A stretch of 64,000 nt of DNA from the NCBI GenBank assembly GCA_000002435.2, contig CM018789.1. One strand, written 5' to 3'. This DNA is from Giardia intestinalis (Eukaryota). This document shows positions 58,971 to 64,000 of this stretch, piece after piece (the stretch's first letter is position 1; each line of letters begins with the position of its first letter). Below the pieces are notes generated by a model that searched no databases, had not been told where the DNA came from, and saw only the letters and a program-made list of their open reading frames with translations. The position numbers and the translations under genes are program-made.

Positions 58971-60824
58971 ATGAGGGCTATAGAAAACCTTGTCGTTGTC
59001 CACCTCGGAGACCCTCACTACAACAGACGCTTCGAGACTCTGATGCAGATCTTCCTCGATAACTGTCTTCACGTCGATTATCTAACGTTTTACAAGGCGA
59101 CCCTGCCCCAGTGGCTCCGCGCCTCTCCTCTCGTATCGTACATGTACATGGACGCAGCATTCATACATACTGCACCGAATAACATATTCTTTTGGCTTAT
59201 TTACCCAATTCAGATCCTCTTTGATACTATATATGTATTCCTTCACATTCTTGTGCTCTGCAAGGCCAATCTGCGTGCGATTGCTGTGTTTTCTTCTCCC
59301 TTCCGTCCGGGCTGTGTTATTGGAGCGCGTGCAGCTGCCAAGTACTTCCGAATACCGTTCTGGGTAGACGTATGTCGTGAGTCCCACAGCCTGGAATACA
59401 CTGGTCTTCGGAGGGCGCTTGTTCAGAGACTTGAAAGAAAGCTGCTGCAGAGCAATTATAAAAACGAAACAGTCCTCCTGGACTCCTCAAGTCTGATCAA
59501 ACACTTCAGTCTGACTCGGAATTACGTCCTCACCCTCAACACGCCAATTTCTTTCAACATGGGCCTGCCTATTCCCATGCACCATATGCTCTTATCGACC
59601 TTGCGCTTTGCTCAGCCGGAGCAGACGTCGATTGGAATTAGAACCCTGTTCCATTATGCCCAACTTGTCCGCAGCATGGATTCAACAAGTGATCGCTCCC
59701 AACTAGAAATAAATAGCCATCGTCCGGCCCTAATTCTGTGTCCTTGCAACTTTCGTGGAGCCGATGACTTTGTTGGCATCTACCAGCTTGCGGCTGCTCT
59801 CGAAAGAATATTCGCGACACAGTCATCAGCTACCGCTAAGGGTGGACGTGTCAGGTTTACTAGCGCCATTATCGTAGTCACGGGGCGTGCAGACCCTTAT
59901 GTATGCTCGCAAACACGAGAGTATCACAAGCAACTAAAGGGGATAGCTGATGCATTCAACAATCACTACACATGGGAAGAGGGTGCAAAGGCACTGTGTC
60001 AGCTGGATGAGCAGAATAAGGCACGTACAGAGGATGCTGCAGAGGATGCTACAAACGATAACTTGGGTAAGGATAATGTCAGAGATGACGAAGAGCCCAA
60101 AGATGAAGATAAAACCGAACACAGAATTGAAGGTGCCGCAAGCCACGAGGAGGGGAAGCATTCTATTAAGGGTAGAAGCATCGAGGCCCGTGCAGCCCGC
60201 GAGGCCAAGTTGGCTAAGAACAGGATGCTGCTGAAGGCAGCCATGAAGGCCCACGCAGCGAACACAAACGGGATCTCTGGAGCAAAGCACGTCAGAGTAT
60301 CAAAATGCTACCTATACAACCGCGATTATCATACTCTTTTAGATTGTGTTGATATGGTGTACATCGCCAAGAACAGCGAGCAGATCTATGGTGTCCCTGC
60401 AGCACTAACTGACGCACTCATATATGAGAAGATAGTGTTACGGAACTTTCCCATAGATGGGACAGACGAGCTATCGGAACTCGTTGCAGATGCTACCATA
60501 GAAGTTACCACCCAGTCAATCCTGTGTTCCAACTTGATCCTGGCTTTGAATCAGGAGGAGGCACGAGCCAACGAAGCAAGAGAATACCATATGGAGCGGA
60601 AGTCTAAAATCATGAAAGCCAAACAATATATTTTGAGCAGATCGTATTCGACGATCTTCAAGGAGACACTGCTTCCCCAGATTCTCCTAGATAATACATC
60701 AGTGGAAGAGTTCATGAAGATGGTGCAAGAACAGAAGGAAGAATTGGAAAGAGAAAAGGCGGAACAAAAGGCAGCAGAGGGAAGCAAATGCTGTTCATGT
60801 GGAAGCTGCGGGTGCGGCTCGTAG
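58971..60824 (+). CDS. Hypothetical protein with a K/E-rich helical region and a C-terminal Cys cluster (CCSCGSCGCGS).
   Basis: The track start is TTG. The first ATG is at 58971, behind an AT-rich initiator (ccaaaaaatcgtgtctATG). The 3' end overlaps the convergent 60795 gene by 30 nt. Confidence 0.5.
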   Translation: MRAIENLVVVHLGDPHYNRRFETLMQIFLDNCLHVDYLTFYKATLPQWLRASPLVSYMYMDAAFIHTAPNNIFFWLIYPIQILFDTIYVFLHILVLCKANLRAIAVFSSPFRPGCVIGARAAAKYFRIPFWVDVCRESHSLEYTGLRRALVQRLERKLLQSNYKNETVLLDSSSLIKHFSLTRNYVLTLNTPISFNMGLPIPMHHMLLSTLRFAQPEQTSIGIRTLFHYAQLVRSMDSTSDRSQLEINSHRPALILCPCNFRGADDFVGIYQLAAALERIFATQSSATAKGGRVRFTSAIIVVTGRADPYVCSQTREYHKQLKGIADAFNNHYTWEEGAKALCQLDEQNKARTEDAAEDATNDNLGKDNVRDDEEPKDEDKTEHRIEGAASHEEGKHSIKGRSIEARAAREAKLAKNRMLLKAAMKAHAANTNGISGAKHVRVSKCYLYNRDYHTLLDCVDMVYIAKNSEQIYGVPAALTDALIYEKIVLRNFPIDGTDELSELVADATIEVTTQSILCSNLILALNQEEARANEAREYHMERKSKIMKAKQYILSRSYSTIFKETLLPQILLDNTSVEEFMKMVQEQKEELEREKAEQKAAEGSKCCSCGSCGCGS

Positions 60825-61523
60825 GATGTGCGCTAATTCTGCATTGAACTGAAGCAGCTTGCGGACCGTGCGTCTCTCTGACGGCTTGAATATGAAGACG
60901 AAATACAGCAGAATTGAGTTGGGTGACTCATACCAAGGTAGACCGACGCGGTCGCTTCTTTCCTTCAGGACATTGAGGGTGTGAATTAGAATAACATTCT
61001 TTAAATCAAAACCGGAGCTCTTCTGCATATCGCGTAGAGCAGTCTCGCAGATATAATAGGGAATGAACTCATTGACTGTCCTCTGGAAGACAGAGATGGA
61101 CGACATTGTGGCAAGGCCTAACCAGAGCGAGAGAAGCATGTCTTTGATAGTTCCTAAGTAAGGGCACATGCTGAGATGCTCCGTTGAGCTCACGAGAAAC
61201 TTACAAAAGGCGTCCACGGGGACCACGGCAGAATAAAACTTCTCGGCCAAGCAGAGAGCCTGCTGGCTACCTACCAGCTTCAGCTGTTGAAGTCGCTTAT
61301 CCTTGACGTTTAGCAGTGTGTAGAAGGCGATTTTCTGGTAGGAGTAGTCATCTTTCCGTCTTTCAGCCAAAAGGATTTGCTCAGAGACCGCATCACCATT
61401 TCGGGCTTTCGGCTCGAGAGGTGTTTTTATCGTAGACAATGGCGTGCTTGGAGTTTCAGAAATCAGCTGGGAAAGAGGGGTTTCTTGGGGAGCCATGATT
61501 GATTCTTTTTTTGCCCGTGACAT
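60795..61523 (-). CDS. Small cyclin-box-containing protein (cyclin-like).
   Basis: KIAFYTLLNVKDKRLQQLKLVGSQQALCLAEKFYSAVVPVDAFCKFL parallels the cyclin-box core (ETLYLAVNYIDRFLS....[23 protein letters not shown].EFV). ATG at 61523. Confidence 0.45.
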   Translation of the reverse strand: MSRAKKESIMAPQETPLSQLISETPSTPLSTIKTPLEPKARNGDAVSEQILLAERRKDDYSYQKIAFYTLLNVKDKRLQQLKLVGSQQALCLAEKFYSAVVPVDAFCKFLVSSTEHLSMCPYLGTIKDMLLSLWLGLATMSSISVFQRTVNEFIPYYICETALRDMQKSSGFDLKNVILIHTLNVLKERSDRVGLPWYESPNSILLYFVFIFKPSERRTVRKLLQFNAELAHILRAAPAAST

Positions 61524-61580
61524 CTCTCAAAGAAAGACCTTTACCTTGGTGAATAGCAATGATATGATTTGGCAGAAGAA

Positions 61581-61613
61581 TCACTGATAGGTCACTGATA
61601 GATCACTGATAGT
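61581..61613. repeat. Three tandem copies of the 11-bp unit tcactgatagN, in a divergent intergenic region.
   Basis: The sequence is tcactgatagg tcactgataga tcactgatagt, between the 61523 (-) start and the 61826 (+) start. Confidence 0.8.
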
Positions 61614-61825
61614 ATCCGTGAATGCTTAGATAACATCCCTTTGTTGCCTGCAGAACGCTGAATGCAGCGCATACGTTGAACTTTTCAAATTACCACTGTT
61701 TCGTTACCTCTTTTGCTCTCGTCGTTCTCATTCTTCTACCGCCCATCAGTCGAAACCCAGAAGCACGTACATCTTGTCAGGGAGGGAGCAACATAAAATT
61801 AGGTGTTTTTCCTTTCGGCAAGCGT

Positions 61826-64000
61826 ATGTTTGCTCTTGTCATATGCTTGCTCCATGTCCTGACGAAGAGCACCAAAGTACAGCTAGCCCCAAAGAACTTC
61901 CCCGCTGCAGTGGAAAAGATTTGCGCCACCAGCGACATCGAGCATGTAAGTCTGACTGTGGACAATTATTTCGCAGTCTACTTCAAGGAGACTTGCGATC
62001 TCTCCTTTGTAACTAGATTAGTAGTACTCAACTACGGAACTAACCAAACGATCCAGCTGACGCACACTGCCACATATCCTAGACTGTACTATTCTCAGTT
62101 CACCAGCCCTATCGCCGCGTCACCTATGTTTCTACAGATCATCTATCCACATTGCTCCTTTAGTGGACTTATTCCCGTCAGTTTGCACCGCACCCCGTGT
62201 CTTATAACTGGTAACATAGTCGCTGGGATCTATGAGCAGTCACTCTACATCTACCCGGGAAATTTCAGCGTGCTCATGGGAACTGGCAAAGTATACTGTG
62301 ATACTTATCTCAACCCGCATCTAACGATAACCGTGAGTGGAACTGCATTGGACTGTATCTTTTACGAGTACTATTATTCCTGCCCTCTTTCCAGTGGTAC
62401 TCTTTCCAGTGACATAACCATATTCTCCATCTATAACACATCACCAATTGTTATTACATCAAGCAGTGTGAAGCAGTTTACTAAGCATTGCTTCACTGAA
62501 AGTCCAGACACGAACAGTGACTCTACCTATTCCTTCTACGCATCCGTCTATTCCAAGAGCAACCAAACAGTTCTTGTTGTGCGCCATCCGTATCTCTCTA
62601 CGGTTACGCCACCACCATCACCATCACCAGCGCCAGCGCCAGCCAACACTGACTGCTTGCCGGTGATGCACAAGTGTACTTACAATGGCGTATTAATGAA
62701 TCGTTTCAACTATCACCTGACGGCTAACTATACCGGTAAGAAGCCAACTCAAAGTGCTGCAGAGGCTGTCACCATAGTGTGCAACATTAATTCAACTAAA
62801 ACAATGGAGAGAAAAATAGCGAGCCCACCAGTTGAGGATAAGTATGTATGCTTCCATTCTTTCGTGGTCGCAGAGAAGCCAATGAACAACAGCGTCACAT
62901 CCCTTAATGACATGTTTATAATCTCTAATATGAAGATCGAGCTGACACCCTTCCTACTAAACATTCAGGACAACGAGACAACGTGCACGCTACTCCCCAA
63001 TACCTATCTAAAAATAAACACCACTATCTTTCAGAAAAACTATACCAATTATGCATTTAACTACCAGATGGATGTAACGGGCCAGGATAACGTTAGCCTT
63101 ATAGCACTGACCAACATAGACCCAGGCGTCTCTAATATCTACATGCTTCTCCCACAGTACATGTCCGATAGAGATGCTGGTGACATCACCCTGGACACAT
63201 ATCAAGGGGTTCCTATCTTTGATTTCTTGTCCTACACCACGAAAAATTGCTACGCTATTGACCAAATCCGTTATTACTGTGTTAATAATGTGTTCTACGT
63301 ATCAACTCAGAAATTCTGCAACCCACCAAGTCCTCCTGATAGCCTTACTATCTCTTTATATGATGCATCAGGTCCCAGTCACACCCTCAAACTGGATAAG
63401 TACAGCAGTGTGTCGGGCCAGAATTATATCCACAATTATACTGCCGCTGGTAATAATGAAATCTGCACTGCAAAGCCCTACTTTTCCGTAGACAAGTACC
63501 AGTATGGAGGGATATACCTCTTCATCAACCCACAGTTCCCCGTCAACCTTGCAATAGAGCTTACAGCCACCTACTGCTCCCTCATGGACCCTGCGTTTGA
63601 CTATCAAGTACAGCTCTTTGAAACAACCCTGTACTTTCAAGGGCTCTGCAAGCTCGATGGATACTGCTTTGAGGATATCTATTCTTACACACCTAAGCCT
63701 CTGCAGCTCATACCTAACAACGCAACCCCGGTCTCTCCTATTGAAACCCCGAGATACAAGTACTTCGTCTCATCTATTATAGGTTCAGATATGCCTTATC
63801 TCATAAGTCTGCGCACGTGCTCCAGGTCTGACGAGATAAAAACAAGCATTCTTGGAGCGCCAGCTGTTGGGATGTCAACTGTTCATGACTACTTTTACTC
63901 ATATTTTCAGTCGCCCATGGCTCATGAGATCAACTGGAACAACCAGACACGGCATATGATACTCAACTACACGCGCTCATGCATAGAGGCTCCAACTTAC
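61826..64000 (+). CDS. Secreted or surface Cys/Tyr/Asn-rich protein with an N-terminal signal peptide. It is truncated at the 3' end of the window and absent from the ORF track.
   Basis: Hand translation from the ATG at 61826 is open for 725 codons to the window end: MFALVICLLHVLTKSTKVQLAPKNF.... It has a hydrophobic signal-like N-terminus and about 30 N-x-S/T sequons. Cys residues are spaced irregularly (no CXXC). There is a PPPSPSPAPAPA linker, and the protein is Tyr-rich. Confidence 0.5.
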   Translation, partial: MFALVICLLHVLTKSTKVQLAPKNFPAAVEKICATSDIEHVSLTVDNYFAVYFKETCDLSFVTRLVVLNYGTNQTIQLTHTATYPRLYYSQFTSPIAASPMFLQIIYPHCSFSGLIPVSLHRTPCLITGNIVAGIYEQSLYIYPGNFSVLMGTGKVYCDTYLNPHLTITVSGTALDCIFYEYYYSCPLSSGTLSSDITIFSIYNTSPIVITSSSVKQFTKHCFTESPDTNSDSTYSFYASVYSKSNQTVLVVRHPYLSTVTPPPSPSPAPAPANTDCLPVMHKCTYNGVLMNRFNYHLTANYTGKKPTQSAAEAVTIVCNINSTKTMERKIASPPVEDKYVCFHSFVVAEKPMNNSVTSLNDMFIISNMKIELTPFLLNIQDNETTCTLLPNTYLKINTTIFQKNYTNYAFNYQMDVTGQDNVSLIALTNIDPGVSNIYMLLPQYMSDRDAGDITLDTYQGVPIFDFLSYTTKNCYAIDQIRYYCVNNVFYVSTQKFCNPPSPPDSLTISLYDASGPSHTLKLDKYSSVSGQNYIHNYTAAGNNEICTAKPYFSVDKYQYGGIYLFINPQFPVNLAIELTATYCSLMDPAFDYQVQLFETTLYFQGLCKLDGYCFEDIYSYTPKPLQLIPNNATPVSPIETPRYKYFVSSIIGSDMPYLISLRTCSRSDEIKTSILGAPAVGMSTVHDYFYSYFQSPMAHEINWNNQTRHMILNYTRSCIEAPTY

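Noticed and set aside
1-64000. An alternative genetic code (TAA/TAG = Gln, as in Hexamitinae diplomonads), considered as the explanation for the in-frame TAA in the kinase remnant.
   Set aside because: Well-conserved genes here (FKBP12, the phosphatases, PRPS, Fcf1) end with TAG or TAA exactly where their homologues end. TGA stops also occur in the disrupted genes. The standard code applies.
1-64000. Prokaryotic features such as CRISPR arrays, operons, IS elements and defence systems.
   Set aside because: The sequence is eukaryotic: FG-Nup-like, cyclin, PP2A, FKBP12 and ankyrin/NEK genes, with AT-rich initiators and AGTRAAY signals. I saw no direct-repeat/spacer arrays or transposase-like ORFs.

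Overview
This window is eukaryotic nuclear DNA, not prokaryotic. It is gene-dense (about 35 protein genes in 64 kb), has no obvious introns, and has about 49% GC. Several features point to a Giardia-type diplomonad genome:
- very short intergenic spacers, some as short as 15-70 bp
- AT-rich initiator stretches immediately upstream of ATG start codons
- AGTRAAY-type poly(A) signals just after stop codons
- degenerate NEK-like pseudokinases fused to ankyrin repeats (the Giardia 'protein 21.1' architecture)
- many large coiled-coil 'hypothetical' proteins

The six-frame track evidently allows GTG/TTG starts: several of its 'M' starts are GTG or TTG in the sequence. I moved those starts to the first in-frame ATG that sits behind an AT-rich initiator.

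Genes with confident calls:
- PRPP synthetase
- MYG1/UPF0160
- Fcf1/UTP24
- two FKBP-type PPIases
- two tandem PP2A-type (PPP-family) phosphatase catalytic subunits
- an Sm-like protein

Genes with weaker calls:
- a SNAP-like protein
- a nitroreductase-family protein
- a giant HEATR1/UTP10-like protein
- a PC-repeat (Rpn2/APC1-like) giant protein
- a WD40 protein
- a cyclin-box protein
- a protein with a SPEF1-type CH-like domain
- a TPR protein resembling a TFIIIC subunit

Observations worth follow-up:
- two tandem genes encoding FG/GFG-repeat plus coiled-coil proteins, which are candidate Nup62-complex-like nucleoporins
- a paralogous pair of double-hairpin membrane proteins flanking one gene
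- a 21.1 ankyrin ORF preceded by a kinase-domain remnant with an in-frame stop and frameshifts, and a second NEK-like gene with compensating homopolymer frameshifts
- a long ORF running off the 3' end of the window, invisible to the ORF track, that encodes a signal-peptide-bearing Cys/Tyr/Asn-rich protein
- short intergenic tandem repeats

I found no prokaryotic-style systems (CRISPR, operons, mobile elements).
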